Assembly (NCBI GenBank): GCA_009377665.1
Contig: WHTO01000004.1
Coordinates: 1-50,210, forward strand
Direction of reading: 5' to 3'
Source: Dehalococcoidia bacterium
GTDB taxonomy: Bacteria; Chloroflexota; Dehalococcoidia; WHTO01
Length of the DNA stretch: 50,210 nt
Below are positions 36,749 through 46,806 of the stretch, piece after piece. Position 1 is the first letter of the stretch; the number at the start of each line of letters is the position of its first letter. The position numbers were made by a program, and so were the translations under genes. The notes under the pieces are model-generated. The model was not told the DNA's origin and did not search any database. It was given only the letters and a program-made list of their open reading frames with translations.

Positions 36749-38092
36749 TCAGAGGATCGGCAGGTAGCGCCTTAGCTCGTAGTCGGTGATCTGCTTGCGA
36801 TAGTCGTCCCACTCGATGCGCTTGTTGGCGATCAAGCTCTCAAAGACGTGGTCGCCGAGGGCCGAGCGCAGAAGCGTGCTCTCCGCGGCTTCCTCGATCG
36901 CCTCGAGGAGGCTGCCCGGCAAGACCTCGATGCCCCGTTCCTTGCGTTCGACCTCGCCGAGCTCGAACACGTTCTCCTCGGTCGGCTCGCCGAGCGGGAG
37001 CTCGCGCTCGATGCCATCGAGGCCGGCGGCGAGCATGACCGCGAAGACGAGATAGGGGTTGCAGGCGGGGTCGGCGGCCCGGTACTCGAGGCGGGTCGCC
37101 GCCTCCTTACCAACCGGCGCCTGCGGAATGCGGATCAGGTCCGAACGGTTTCGCTGCGCCCAGGTTATGTACATCGGTGCCTCGTAGCCGGGGATGAGGC
37201 GCTTGTAGGAGTTCACCCACTGGTTGGTGACGAGGGTGATCTCGCGCGCGTGATCAAGCAGGCCGGCCATGTAGGAGCGGGCTATCGGCGACAGGCGATA
37301 GGGGGCTTCAGCGTCGTAGAAGGCGTTGCGTTCCCCCTTGAACAGCGACTGATGGACGTGCATGCCGTTGCCGTTCTCGTTGGCGATTGGCTTGGGCATG
37401 AAGGTCGCGTAGACGTTGTAGTCCATGGCCACTTCCTTCACGACCAGGCGATAGGTCATGCACGAATCGGCCATGGTGAGGGCGTCGGTGTAGCGCAGGT
37501 CGATCTCGTGCTGAGACGGCGCGACCTCGTGGTGGCTGGTCTCGACTGGTATCCCCATCGATTCGAGGGCGAGCACCGTGTCGCGGCGCAGGTTGCTGGC
37601 AACATCGAGCGGTGTCAGATCGAAGTAGCCGCCGTGGTCGAGCGGCTCGGTGCCCTCTGAGCTCTTGAAATAGAAGTACTCAAGCTCGGGCCCGACGTAG
37701 AAGGTGTAGCCGAGGTCGGCCGCGCGCTTGAGCTGCCTGCGCAGCACGAAACGCGGGTCGCCTTCGAAGGCAGAACCGTCGGGGCGGTAGATGTCGCAGA
37801 ACATCCTGGCGACGGAGTGTTCGGCGCCGGAGCGCCAGGGCAGGATCTGGAAGGTGGAGGGGTCGGGCATGGCAATCATGTCCGACTCGTCGATGCGGGC
37901 GAAACCTTCGATCGACGAGCCGTCGAATCCCGCGCCCTCTTCAAGGACATCGTCGAGTTCCGCCATCGTCTTGGCAACGCTCTTCAGCGTGCCAAGGGTG
38001 TCTGTGAACCAAAGCCGAACGAACTTGACCTTCTGGTCGCGCGCGCTCTGCATGACAAAGTCTTTCTGGGCCTGGTCTACCATTCTGATCAC
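36749..38092 (-). CDS. glnA: Glutamine synthetase type I
   Basis: VKFVRLWFTDTLGTLKSV, PEPSTF-like PDPSTFQILPW, MPKPIANENGNGMHVHQSLF and NRSDLIRIP. Length 447 aa. Confidence 0.95.
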   Translation of the reverse strand: MIRMVDQAQKDFVMQSARDQKVKFVRLWFTDTLGTLKSVAKTMAELDDVLEEGAGFDGSSIEGFARIDESDMIAMPDPSTFQILPWRSGAEHSVARMFCDIYRPDGSAFEGDPRFVLRRQLKRAADLGYTFYVGPELEYFYFKSSEGTEPLDHGGYFDLTPLDVASNLRRDTVLALESMGIPVETSHHEVAPSQHEIDLRYTDALTMADSCMTYRLVVKEVAMDYNVYATFMPKPIANENGNGMHVHQSLFKGERNAFYDAEAPYRLSPIARSYMAGLLDHAREITLVTNQWVNSYKRLIPGYEAPMYITWAQRNRSDLIRIPQAPVGKEAATRLEYRAADPACNPYLVFAVMLAAGLDGIERELPLGEPTEENVFELGEVERKERGIEVLPGSLLEAIEEAAESTLLRSALGDHVFESLIANKRIEWDDYRKQITDYELRRYLPIL

Positions 38093-38185
38093 CTCTCCCT
38101 CTCATCATCTCCTATCAGCTAGCTAGAAGGCGGGTCTGGCTGGAAGCGCAGGGCCGAATCCCGGGGCTGAATGGGTGCTGGAAAC

Positions 38186-38200
38186 AAACTCTTAAAGTTT
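38186..38200. promoter_or_regulatory. Inverted repeat upstream of glnA
   Basis: AAACT-CTTAA-AGTTT sits inside GGAAACAAACTCTTAAAGTTTGACC, about 95-110 nt upstream of the glnA ATG. The local AT-rich patch is unusual for this genome. Confidence 0.3.
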
Positions 38201-38232
38201 GACCGGGGTGGGGCATTTGGGCGTGGCCGCCC

Positions 38233-40224
38233 CTAGGGGTCCGTCGGCTCGGCTTCTCGGTTGCCGAGGAAGCGGCGGCGGTCCTGGCGGGCGTTGAAGG
38301 GCTCGATCAGGGCTGCCAGGTCACGGTCGAGGAAGGGGTCGCGGTGGAATCCCGGGCGGCCCCAACGCTCGCGCGCCAGATCTTCATCAGAGGGCGGATG
38401 CAGGTTAGAGCGGCTAGCGGCCTCGACGTGGGTGAGCGTGGCGTAGGGCGTGTAGACGATCCGGTGGCCGGCCCCGATCAGCCGCTGGCAGTAGTCGACA
38501 TCGTTGTAAGCGACCGGCAGCCGCTCGTCGAAGCCGCCCATCTCATTGAAGAGAGAACGTGGCGTCATCATGCAGGCGGCGCTCACAGCGCTGCAGTTGT
38601 GGGGAGTGAGGCCCATACCCATGTAGCCCCGCCAGTCGATGTTGAAGGCGAATACGCCGCCCGCGCAGAGACCAATGCCCTCGTGCTGCGGCTGCCCGTC
38701 GGGGAAGAGCAGGCGGGCGCCGACCGCTCCAACCCCCTCCATCTCGGCGTAGATCAGCAGTTCGTCAATCCAGGCGTCCGCCGGGGCCTGGATGTCGTTG
38801 TTGAGGAGAAGCAGAAAGTCGCCGTCCGCCTGCGCGGCCCCGGCGTTGACGAGGCGGGGAAAGTTGAAGCCTCCCGGCTGGCTGACTTTGGGACCATTGT
38901 GCCCGGCGAAGATGCGGCGGGCGCGTTCGTCGCTGCTGCCGTTGTCGACCAGCACAACCTGGAGGTTGCCATGAGTGGACCGGTTGATCGATTCGAGGCA
39001 GCGCTCGAGCAGGTCGGGCTGGTCCTTCGTCGGAATGATGATGCTGACGCGCTCGTTCGTGGCTGAACGCCTCGCTAGCCGGTAGCGGTCGAGCACAGGT
39101 TCGGCACGCAACGCGGAATGACACTCGGCCAGGTGGCTATCGAGGGCCCGCCCGGCGGCCGCGAAGGCCCAGGGTTTTCCAGCCACGCCGGTTGACGTCG
39201 AACCCGGCACCCGCCGCCACGAGTAGAGTACCCCGGGGACGCGGGCGATGGCCCCGCTACGGGCGTGGACGCGGAGGGCGAGGTCGTGGTCCTGCGCGCC
39301 GTCGAACTCGGAGCGCAGGCCTCCCAGGTCGCGCAGCAGGCTGGCCCGGACCACGCAGAGGTGGGCGACGTAGTTGACCGCCTTCAGGAGCTCGGGCGAC
39401 CAGTCGGGCTTGATGAAGGGATTCAGGCGCAGGCCGCCGTCGGCCTCGATGTGGTCCTCGTCGCTATAGACCAGGTCGAGCTCGAGGCGTCGGTTCAACA
39501 TCTCGACTACGCGGTGCAGCGCGTCGGGATGGAGAACGTCGTCGTGGTCGAGGAAGGCGATGTATTCACCAGTCGCGAGCTGCAGGGCGGCGTTGGTTGC
39601 GGCGCTGATGCCGCGGTTGGAGTCGAGACGCACCGAATGCGTTCGATCTTCTCCCGCGGCCTCGGCGACCACGGCCCGGACGGCCTCGCTTTGCGACGCA
39701 TCGTCGGCCAGGCAGATCTCCCAGCGCGGATAGACCTGGGCCTTCACGGAGGAAATGGCCTCGTTGAGGTGGACAGGGTCGGGATCGTGGACGGGAATGA
39801 CAACTGAGATCAGCGGCCTGAGCGCCCACGCCGCCTCGGCGGCCAGCAGGCCAGGCCTGTCCGATTCGCGGAAGGCGTTATCCGCCAGCCACTCGTTATA
39901 GTTGACCGTCAGGTCGGGGCCCGGCGACCGCCCAAGCCTGCCCCACCAGTCGCCGGGCCGGAACAGCTGACGTAAGAACGCCCGCCAGCCGTAGGTCAGG
40001 AGGAGATCCAGGCCCTTGGTACCCGCGTAGGCCAATCCCGCGCGGCGGGTCCCTGCCGGCGCCAGGCGGGCCAGGAGTCGCCCCCAGGTTCCCAGCAGCT
40101 TGTGCCCGGGCGAGGTCACAACGTCGATGTAACGGGCCTGGAGCTGCCAGTATTCCCGCCGCAGGTCCTCAAGTTGTTCCTCGGGGGAACGTGGCTCGCG
40201 ACTCTCGCCGCCGTCGGGGCTCAT
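38233..40224 (-). CDS. Two-domain family-2 glycosyltransferase with a coiled-coil N-terminus
   Basis: There are two GT2 cores: ISVVIPVHDPD..CLADDAS..AFLDHDD and VSIIIPTKDQPDLLERCL..VLVDNGSSD..LLLNNDI. I set the start at ATG 40224 (MSPDGGESREP..), because the listed 802-aa ORF would run through the divergent PHP gene. Confidence 0.85.
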   Translation of the reverse strand: MSPDGGESREPRSPEEQLEDLRREYWQLQARYIDVVTSPGHKLLGTWGRLLARLAPAGTRRAGLAYAGTKGLDLLLTYGWRAFLRQLFRPGDWWGRLGRSPGPDLTVNYNEWLADNAFRESDRPGLLAAEAAWALRPLISVVIPVHDPDPVHLNEAISSVKAQVYPRWEICLADDASQSEAVRAVVAEAAGEDRTHSVRLDSNRGISAATNAALQLATGEYIAFLDHDDVLHPDALHRVVEMLNRRLELDLVYSDEDHIEADGGLRLNPFIKPDWSPELLKAVNYVAHLCVVRASLLRDLGGLRSEFDGAQDHDLALRVHARSGAIARVPGVLYSWRRVPGSTSTGVAGKPWAFAAAGRALDSHLAECHSALRAEPVLDRYRLARRSATNERVSIIIPTKDQPDLLERCLESINRSTHGNLQVVLVDNGSSDERARRIFAGHNGPKVSQPGGFNFPRLVNAGAAQADGDFLLLLNNDIQAPADAWIDELLIYAEMEGVGAVGARLLFPDGQPQHEGIGLCAGGVFAFNIDWRGYMGMGLTPHNCSAVSAACMMTPRSLFNEMGGFDERLPVAYNDVDYCQRLIGAGHRIVYTPYATLTHVEAASRSNLHPPSDEDLARERWGRPGFHRDPFLDRDLAALIEPFNARQDRRRFLGNREAEPTDP

Positions 40225-40423
40225 GTCCGGAGGCTCGCATACGAGGGCATCCGGCGAAAGGGAGCATCCAGAAGAGCGTCCCTTCGAAACCCGGCCAGGG
40301 GGGTCCCGCTCTCTCTGGTTCCGCCTGTGCCCCCGGCGCACTCCGGAAGGATCGGGTCTGCACTCAGGGGGGACCGCTGCTAGCCTCAGCAGGACGGCGC
40401 GCCCCTGCGTGCTGGTTTGCGCG

Positions 40424-41125
40424 ATGCTGATCGACCTCCACTGCCACACCTGGCCGCTGTCTGACGACAGCATGCTGTCCCCGGACGACCTGATAGAACA
40501 CGCCCGTGAGCTCGGCCTCGACGGCCTCTGCCTCACCGAGCACGACTTCGGGTGGAACATCGACGAGGTGCGCCGGTTGGAGCGCAGGCACAACTTCGTG
40601 CTGCTTCCGGGCATGGAGGTAAACACAGAGGACGGCCACATCCTCGCCTACGGCGTAAACAAATACATCTATGGCATGCACAAATCGCAGGAGTTGGCAC
40701 GGATGGTCCGGTCGGCCGGGGGCGCGCTGATCGCTGCCCACCCCTATCGCCGTCAGATGCCGTGGCACGTCTATGACCAGAACCACTGGGAGGAGGCGCT
40801 CGACCGCGCGGGCCGCAACAAGGCTTACGAGTTCGTGGCCGGGCTCGAGATCATCAACGGCCGGGGTACTCCCCAGGAGAACTCTTTCTCGAACGAGCTG
40901 GCGCGACGCATGGGCATGCGCGGCAGCGCCGGCACGGACTCCCACGCGCGTCGCGACATCGGCGCCTGCGCAACCGAGTTCTCGCGCAACATCACCACCA
41001 TCGGCGAGTTCATCGAGGAGCTCCACGGTTGGCGCTTTGCGGGTGTGCCCTTGCGCGAGGGCCTCGTCCGCGACCCGGAGGAAAGCGCCGCCGACGCTGG
41101 CCCCGATCCCTTGCTGACATCCTGA
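40424..41125 (+). CDS. PHP-domain metal-dependent phosphoesterase
   Basis: MLIDLHCHTWPLSDD..LCLTEHDF..AAHPYR..GTDSHA are PHP His/Asp motifs. I trimmed the start from 40223. Confidence 0.8.
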   Translation: MLIDLHCHTWPLSDDSMLSPDDLIEHARELGLDGLCLTEHDFGWNIDEVRRLERRHNFVLLPGMEVNTEDGHILAYGVNKYIYGMHKSQELARMVRSAGGALIAAHPYRRQMPWHVYDQNHWEEALDRAGRNKAYEFVAGLEIINGRGTPQENSFSNELARRMGMRGSAGTDSHARRDIGACATEFSRNITTIGEFIEELHGWRFAGVPLREGLVRDPEESAADAGPDPLLTS

Positions 41126-41141
41126 ATGAAGGCGGATTAGC

Positions 41142-41558
41142 TTGGCCGAACGGCTATTTACGCTACCCGAGGCACGGGCCTCCCTGGAGAAGTTGCGCGA
41201 GATACTTCCCCGGCTGATGGAGGCTCGGCGGGAGGCTGAGCCGCTGCAGGCCTCGCTGGCTGAAGTGCTAAAGCTGTCAGCCGGCAACGGCCATGTCGTT
41301 GAGGACGACGTCGCCGCAGAGCGCCAGCGGTTGGAGCGGCTGGCCAGCCTGATAAGCACAGCCGTGAACGAGTTCGCCAACCAGGGTATCGAGATCAAGG
41401 ACCTTGAGCGTGGCCTCGTTGATTTCCGCAGCGAGATGTTCGGGCGCGTGGTCTACCTCTGCTGGGTGTACGGAGAAGAGGACATCGAATGGTGGCACGA
41501 GCTCGACACGGGGTTCTCGGGCCGCCAGCGGCTGCCCCAGGATGCTCCCGGCTCCTGA
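41142..41558 (+). CDS. DUF2203-like protein
   Basis: FTLPEARASLEKLREILPRL..GIEIKDLERGLVDFRSEMFGRVVYLCWVYGEEDIEWWHELDTGFSGRQ matches my recollection of the DUF2203 pattern. It uses a TTG start. Confidence 0.65.
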   Translation: MAERLFTLPEARASLEKLREILPRLMEARREAEPLQASLAEVLKLSAGNGHVVEDDVAAERQRLERLASLISTAVNEFANQGIEIKDLERGLVDFRSEMFGRVVYLCWVYGEEDIEWWHELDTGFSGRQRLPQDAPGS

Positions 41559-41604
41559 ATCCGAGCACCCGGCGGGCGCGTACCTGACAGCAAAGGAGGA
41601 TTCG

Positions 41605-42075
41605 ATGCAATCTTTTACCTGGAAGTGGGTCCTGGTCCTGGCGCTGGGCGCCGCGCTCCTGGTCGGCGCTGCCTGCGGGGACGACGACGATGATGATGAC
41701 GACGACTCCGGCGACGCGACCGCGGAGGAAGACGCCGGCGATCCCGAGCCTGAGGCCGAGACGGAGGAGCCAACGGACGAGGCGACAGAGGAGGCTCCCA
41801 TCGATGAGCCGGAAGCCACAGAGCCCGGTAACGTGACGATCATCGACCTCTCGTTCGACCCCGTGCAGTTTGAGGTCCCGGTCGGCACTTCGGTGACGTG
41901 GACCAACGACGACACCGCCCCCCACACGGTCACATCCGATGACGGCTCGACCTTTGCGTCGGAGACCGTCGAGTCCGGCCAGGCTTTCGAGTTCACCTTC
42001 GACGCAGCCGGCGAGTTCGCCTACCACTGCGAGATTCATCCCGGCATGCAGGCGACGGTTACGGTCGCGGAATAG
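41605..42075 (+). CDS. Cupredoxin (plastocyanin/amicyanin-like) lipoprotein
   Basis: An AAAGGAGGA RBS precedes MQSFTWKWVLVLALGAALLVGAAC, which is followed by GDDDDDDDDDSGD. Cu ligands: APHTVTS, then YHCEIHPGM. Confidence 0.85.
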   Translation: MQSFTWKWVLVLALGAALLVGAACGDDDDDDDDDSGDATAEEDAGDPEPEAETEEPTDEATEEAPIDEPEATEPGNVTIIDLSFDPVQFEVPVGTSVTWTNDDTAPHTVTSDDGSTFASETVESGQAFEFTFDAAGEFAYHCEIHPGMQATVTVAE

Positions 42076-42188
42076 GCGGTCAGCGAAAGGACATTCCGGC
42101 GGCGGGGCAGTGACAAGCGTCGTTCGCGACGGCCCGAAAGGTCACGGTGCTAGAATGCTGGGGCGGGGTGCTCCCCCGCCCCTTTACT

Positions 42189-43037
42189 ATGGACGACCAA
42201 CGGCGGCTGCAACTACGAGAGACCTTCGCCGACCTCGTGCGCAGGCCGAATGAAGACATCGACCTGGCGACGACCGCGCTGCAGATAGCGCGGATCGAGT
42301 ATCCGCGGGTCGCCCTCGTCAAAAACGTTGGTATCCTCGACCGCTATGGCCGCGAGCTCGCGCGGCGCGTGAAGGGGACAGACAACCCGTTTCTGCTCGT
42401 CAAGGAGCTGAATGAGCTCCTCTTCGTCGAAGAGGGCTTCCTGGGTAACGAGCGAGACTACTACGACCCGCGCAACAGCTTCCTCAACGACGTCCTCGAA
42501 CGACGGCTGGCGATACCGATCACGATGTCAATCGTGTACATGGAGATCGCACAGCGGGCCGGGCTCGACTTCGACGGCATCGGCTTGCCGGGGCACTTCA
42601 TCGTGCGCTACACCGACGAGACCGGGCACATTTACGTCGACCCCTTCAGCCGCGGCCAGCTGCTGCTGCTGGATGATGTGGAGCACCGCCTGCGCGAGGC
42701 GCGCGTCAACCCGGATCAGACCAACCAGTACATGGTGCCGGTCAGCCGGCGCCAGATCCTCTCCCGCGTGCTGACGAACCTCAAGGGCATCTACTACAAC
42801 GGCGGCCAGTATGAGAAGGCGCTCGATGTCGTCGAGCTCATGCTTGCCCTCTATCCCTGGTCGATGACCGAGATTCGAGACCGCGGGATGATCAACTACC
42901 AGCTGCGCTCGTTCGAGGCTGCGCTCGCCGACCTCGAAACCTACGTCAGGGGATACCCGGACGCCCCCGACTCTGACCGGGTCAAGCGCAGCATCCAGAT
43001 GCTGCGCCCGCTGGCCGAGCGAGCCGGGACGCAGTAG
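42189..43037 (+). CDS. SirB1/YchA-like transglutaminase-fold plus TPR protein
   Basis: NSFLNDVLERRLAIPITMSIVYMEIAQRAGL..GLPGHFIVRY, with a TPR-like C-terminus. Confidence 0.75.
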   Translation: MDDQRRLQLRETFADLVRRPNEDIDLATTALQIARIEYPRVALVKNVGILDRYGRELARRVKGTDNPFLLVKELNELLFVEEGFLGNERDYYDPRNSFLNDVLERRLAIPITMSIVYMEIAQRAGLDFDGIGLPGHFIVRYTDETGHIYVDPFSRGQLLLLDDVEHRLREARVNPDQTNQYMVPVSRRQILSRVLTNLKGIYYNGGQYEKALDVVELMLALYPWSMTEIRDRGMINYQLRSFEAALADLETYVRGYPDAPDSDRVKRSIQMLRPLAERAGTQ

Positions 43038-43052
43038 CGGTGAGGGCGGCGA

Positions 43053-43787
43053 GTGGCTGAAACGACCGTCACCGCCCCCGGGCAGGCCATCGACCTGAGG
43101 GCTGTCGCACCTGAGCTGCAGGCGTATCCTGCCATCCGCGTGGCCCACTCCGCCGCCAACTACCGCCGGTCCATGAGGCAGGCGCTGGCCGCCGGCGTGG
43201 ACCTCGTTGAGGCCGACGTCTGGCCGCGCTGGAACCGCGTCGTGGCGCGCCACGAGCGTGGCGTCATCGCCCTGCCCCTCGTCTTCGATAAGTGGTACGT
43301 GCGTCCCGAGGTACGCCCGATCACACTGGAGGAAATCGCCGAGACCGCCGGGCCTTACGCGGGCCTCTATCTCGACCTCAAAAGCGACAACGAGCGCTAC
43401 CTGCGCAACATCGTGCAGGTCCTCGAGCGCTATCAGCTCACCGAGAGGGCGGCGATCAGCTCGAGCTACTGGCACGCTATCCAGTACATCGAAGCAATGT
43501 CTCCCTCCATCTCCTCGTACTACACGGTGCGCACGCGGAGCAGCCTCGATCCCTTCTGGGACCACCTCGATGAGCACCCCGAGGTCAACGGCACGGCCAT
43601 TCGCCACGGCCTGTTGAGCCCCGCCCTGGTTGATGCCTTTCACGCTCGGGGACTGCGCGTCCTGGCTTGGACGATCGACGTGCCTTCGCGGGCGTTGGAG
43701 CTTCTGCGCTGGGGCGTCGACGGCATCATCAGTAATCGCCTCGACCTGCTGCAGGCGATTCCCGCTCGTGGACCGGAATCCGTTTAA
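43053..43787 (+). CDS. Glycerophosphodiester phosphodiesterase family protein
   Basis: VAHSAANYRRS..GVDLVEADVW..VVARHE and LAWTIDV..GVDGIISNR. It uses a GTG start. Confidence 0.75.
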   Translation: MAETTVTAPGQAIDLRAVAPELQAYPAIRVAHSAANYRRSMRQALAAGVDLVEADVWPRWNRVVARHERGVIALPLVFDKWYVRPEVRPITLEEIAETAGPYAGLYLDLKSDNERYLRNIVQVLERYQLTERAAISSSYWHAIQYIEAMSPSISSYYTVRTRSSLDPFWDHLDEHPEVNGTAIRHGLLSPALVDAFHARGLRVLAWTIDVPSRALELLRWGVDGIISNRLDLLQAIPARGPESV

Positions 43788-43867
43788 GCCGAGTCGCAGA
43801 TCCAGGCGCTCGGGCGCCGGGGCGCGACTTCCCCCTCGATCGCGAATCATGGATCGCTCCGCTCGGG

Positions 43868-44797
43868 ATGGGTTGTAATGAAAGGGTGAAGCAGCTCTCG
43901 CGCCGAGAGCTCCTGGCGATGATCGGCGGGCTCGGCGCGGCCGGAGTGGTATCCGGCATCGGTTGGGTCTTGGCCTCCAACGGCGACGAAGGCAGGGACA
44001 ACGGCCTTGCCCTGGACGAGGGCCAGCCGTCCAACGGTGGCGCGGGCGCTCCGGAAGACGGCGCCACCATCGAGGAACGCCCCAACAACACCTCAACTCC
44101 CGTGGTGGGGACCCCCGTGGAAGACGCGGAGGCTACGGCGGGCGAAACAGCAGAGCCGTCGGCGACCGCCGAGCCCACCGATACCGCCACGCCCGAACCG
44201 ACGCAGCAGGCGAACCCCGATGAGCCGGTTGGTTATGCCTGGCCAATGGAAGGGGTGCACATGCCGATCCCGGCGTCACAGCTTCCCAACGCGGCTCGCG
44301 ACTACCGTTGCGGCTACCACGAAGGCCTCGACTTTTACCCTTACGACTCGGGCCCCTTTTTCGCCCGGGGAGCGGCCGCGCTGGCCCCGCGGCCGGGGAC
44401 GGTCGTCAGGGCAGACCATGACTTCGTGGAGTACACCACGGCCGACCGCGAGGCGGCGCTGGCGATGACCTGCGCCGCGGACGGCGCCGATTCGGTGATC
44501 CTGGACCGGCTGCGCGGCCGGCAGGTGTGGGTGGAGCACGACGACGGCAACACCACGCGCTACTGCCACCTGGATGACCGTGGGCCGATCGACGTTTCAG
44601 TCGGCCAATCGGTAGCTGCGGGCGCGCGCCTGGCGGGTGTCGGCAACTCGGGCACGAGCAACGGCGCGGCCGGCACCGAAAACGACATCCATCTGCACTT
44701 CGAGATGCGGCTGGGCGGCCAGGACGGTCCGTACCTGGGCAGCGGGCAGCCCGAGGACGAGGTGCGCCGGCTCTACGAGAACCTTTTCGGGGTTTAG
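43868..44797 (+). CDS. M23 family metallopeptidase, probably Tat-exported
   Basis: LSRRELLAMIGGLGAAG is Tat-like. GYHEGLDF and TRYCHL..GVGNSGTSNG..DIHLHFEM are the M23 HxxxD/HxH motifs. Confidence 0.85.
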   Translation: MGCNERVKQLSRRELLAMIGGLGAAGVVSGIGWVLASNGDEGRDNGLALDEGQPSNGGAGAPEDGATIEERPNNTSTPVVGTPVEDAEATAGETAEPSATAEPTDTATPEPTQQANPDEPVGYAWPMEGVHMPIPASQLPNAARDYRCGYHEGLDFYPYDSGPFFARGAAALAPRPGTVVRADHDFVEYTTADREAALAMTCAADGADSVILDRLRGRQVWVEHDDGNTTRYCHLDDRGPIDVSVGQSVAAGARLAGVGNSGTSNGAAGTENDIHLHFEMRLGGQDGPYLGSGQPEDEVRRLYENLFGV

Positions 44798-44833
44798 CGC
44801 GGCCCTCGATTCGTGGGGGCGCGGGGTGCGCTG

Positions 44834-45709
44834 CTACCGCCAGACGGCCTCCAGGACCACCCACTGGCGCGGGTCCTCGCGGATGTAGCCTTCCAGCAGT
44901 GCCAGCAGGCGGCGCGTGGTCTCGACGCGGTCGGCGCGCGGGTCGCCCGTGTTCACGGCCTCCATCGCCGGGTGGAACCAGACATCGAAGCGGCCGTCGG
45001 GACGGCGGCGGGGGAAGGCCGGTACGATGAGCGCGCCGGTCTTGGCCGCGAGGTCGGCGACGCCCATCGGTACGAGAGCCTCGCGTCCGAAGAACTCGAC
45101 GGCGCGGCCGCTGCCGATGACGTCGCGGTCGTAGAGCAGGGCTACGGCCCCGCCGGCGCGCAGCGTCCGAAAGGCTTCCTTCATGGCGCCGAAGCTCACC
45201 GGTTCGAAGTGGTGGCCCTGCGAGCTGCGCAACCGGTCCATGAAGCGTGACAGCGCGCGCGGCGCCAGGGGCTCGGTCACGACGAAGAGTTCGATGCCGA
45301 AGACGCGCAGGAACTGCGCGGCTGCCTCGGGGCTTCCATAGTGCCCGCTGGCCAGGATCACGCCGCGCCCGGCCTCGACCGCCTCCTTGAGGTTCTGCAG
45401 GTGGTGCGTGATGATCTCGCGGCGATAGAAGCGCTCCATGTCGAGGCTCGGCATCGCGACCACGTCGGCGTAGCAGCGCGCCGCGTTGCGGAAGATCTCG
45501 ACCGCTACCGCCGAGATGTAGCTTTCGGGGACCGTGTCGCCGAGCACCTGCTTCAGGTTGTGTTGCACCGCCAGCCGGCCGCCGGGATAGATGCGGAAGA
45601 AGAGGTCGCCGACGCGGTCGGCGACGCGATAGAGGACGCGGCGCGGCAGGCGGCCGAGGAGGGCGAAGGCCAACCGATAAGAGAGGTACTTGAGGAAGGC
45701 CTTAAGCAT
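44834..45709 (-). CDS. Lysophospholipid/lipid-A-type (HtrB/PatA, PF03279-like) acyltransferase
   Basis: The N-terminal hydrophobic anchor MLKAFLKYLSYRLAFALLGRLP.., ILASGHYGSPE (an HxxxxD/E-type box) and a length of 291 aa all fit. Confidence 0.8.
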   Translation of the reverse strand: MLKAFLKYLSYRLAFALLGRLPRRVLYRVADRVGDLFFRIYPGGRLAVQHNLKQVLGDTVPESYISAVAVEIFRNAARCYADVVAMPSLDMERFYRREIITHHLQNLKEAVEAGRGVILASGHYGSPEAAAQFLRVFGIELFVVTEPLAPRALSRFMDRLRSSQGHHFEPVSFGAMKEAFRTLRAGGAVALLYDRDVIGSGRAVEFFGREALVPMGVADLAAKTGALIVPAFPRRRPDGRFDVWFHPAMEAVNTGDPRADRVETTRRLLALLEGYIREDPRQWVVLEAVWR

Positions 45710-45720
45710 GCGCCTTCAAG

Positions 45721-46602
45721 CTACCCGGTGGCTTCGTCGCGCTCCAGCCACAGGGGCCGAAAGACGTACCACTGGTCATAGTGGTGGCGAATCATCGGCT
45801 CGAGGCTGTCGACGACGCGCTGGGTCAGCTCGCGTACGCCGGCGGCATCGTCGTGTGTGCCTTGCGGATAGATGGGCGCGGCGACCTCCGTGAAGATGGT
45901 GTCAGCGTGTCCACGTTTCTTGTGGAACACGAGCGGAATGATGCCGGCGCCGCTGCGCAGGCTGATCCGCGCCGGACCAGCCGGCAGGCGGGCGGGCTCG
46001 CCGAACAGGCTTACCTCGACGCCGCCGGGGTCGGGGACATCCAGCATCAGGGCGAGAATCTGGTTGCGCCTGAGGACGCGGAAGGCCTCGATGGGCCGAT
46101 CCTCGTAAACGACACCCACCCCGAGGGCCTTCCTCGTCTCGACCACGAGCCTGTCGATCCAGGGGTTAGCGAAGCGCTCGGCGATCACGTAGAAGGGATA
46201 GCCCAGGCGGGAAGTCCCCCCGCCGGCGAGGTCCCAGTTGCCCATGTGCACGGTGACGAAGATGCAGCCCTTACCGCGGTCAAGCACCTCGTGGAGCCAG
46301 GGCCAGCGGTCGCTGACAAGCTTCGCGCGCAGCTGCGCCGGCGCGAGAGTGGGGAAGCGGACGAAGTCGGCCCAGAGGCGCGCGTAGTTGCGGTAGTTGC
46401 GGCGGCCCAGCGTTGCCAGCCTCCCCGCCGATTCGATGCCGCTGACGCGGCGCAGGCGGTCGCTTGTTGCCGCCTTCGCCGCGTCGCTCATGAAGAAGCG
46501 CCAGATGACCTCCCCGGCCACCGCGGAGACGCCATAGCAGAACTCGGTGGGGACGAGGCGGCGGAGGATTACGGCGAGGCGCCAGGACAGGTACAGAAGC
46601 AT
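45721..46602 (-). CDS. Second HtrB/PatA-type acyltransferase (tandem paralog)
   Basis: MLLYLSWRLAVILRRLVP.., FVTVHMGNWDL. It has the same architecture as the downstream gene, with an 11-nt gap between them. Confidence 0.8.
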   Translation of the reverse strand: MLLYLSWRLAVILRRLVPTEFCYGVSAVAGEVIWRFFMSDAAKAATSDRLRRVSGIESAGRLATLGRRNYRNYARLWADFVRFPTLAPAQLRAKLVSDRWPWLHEVLDRGKGCIFVTVHMGNWDLAGGGTSRLGYPFYVIAERFANPWIDRLVVETRKALGVGVVYEDRPIEAFRVLRRNQILALMLDVPDPGGVEVSLFGEPARLPAGPARISLRSGAGIIPLVFHKKRGHADTIFTEVAAPIYPQGTHDDAAGVRELTQRVVDSLEPMIRHHYDQWYVFRPLWLERDEATG

Positions 46603-46806
46603 CGTCCTCCCGGCTCACGGCCGACTGGCGGCCGCCGCGTCAGGGAAGCGCCTCGTCCGGGTACTGCCTGGAAATGTCGACCGGTCCATCTCGGTGGCCA
46701 CTCACCCCCAACCCCTCGCCACGGCGAGTCGCCCGCGGAGACCTCCTGGGGAGAGGGGAAATCTAAGAAGGGATTCTTCAAGTGGGGACACCCCTTTGAA
46801 ACCCCG

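Noticed and set aside
40225-40641. N-terminal 139 aa of the listed 802-aa glycosyltransferase ORF
   Set aside because: The extension is Ser/Arg-rich and would overlap the PHP gene's conserved N-terminus (MLIDLHCHT) on the other strand. The internal ATG 40224 gives a sensible coiled-coil start.
42528-44096. 522-aa minus-strand ORF
   Set aside because: It is antisense to the SirB1-like, GDPD and M23 genes. Its composition is R/P/G-rich and no domain is recognisable.
46757-46770. GGAGAGGGG 9-mer shared with the outer ends of the IS, considered as a possible solo IS end or remnant
   Set aside because: Only 9 nt match, the flanks do not align with the IS inverted repeat, and this purine-rich motif is expected by chance in a GC-rich genome.
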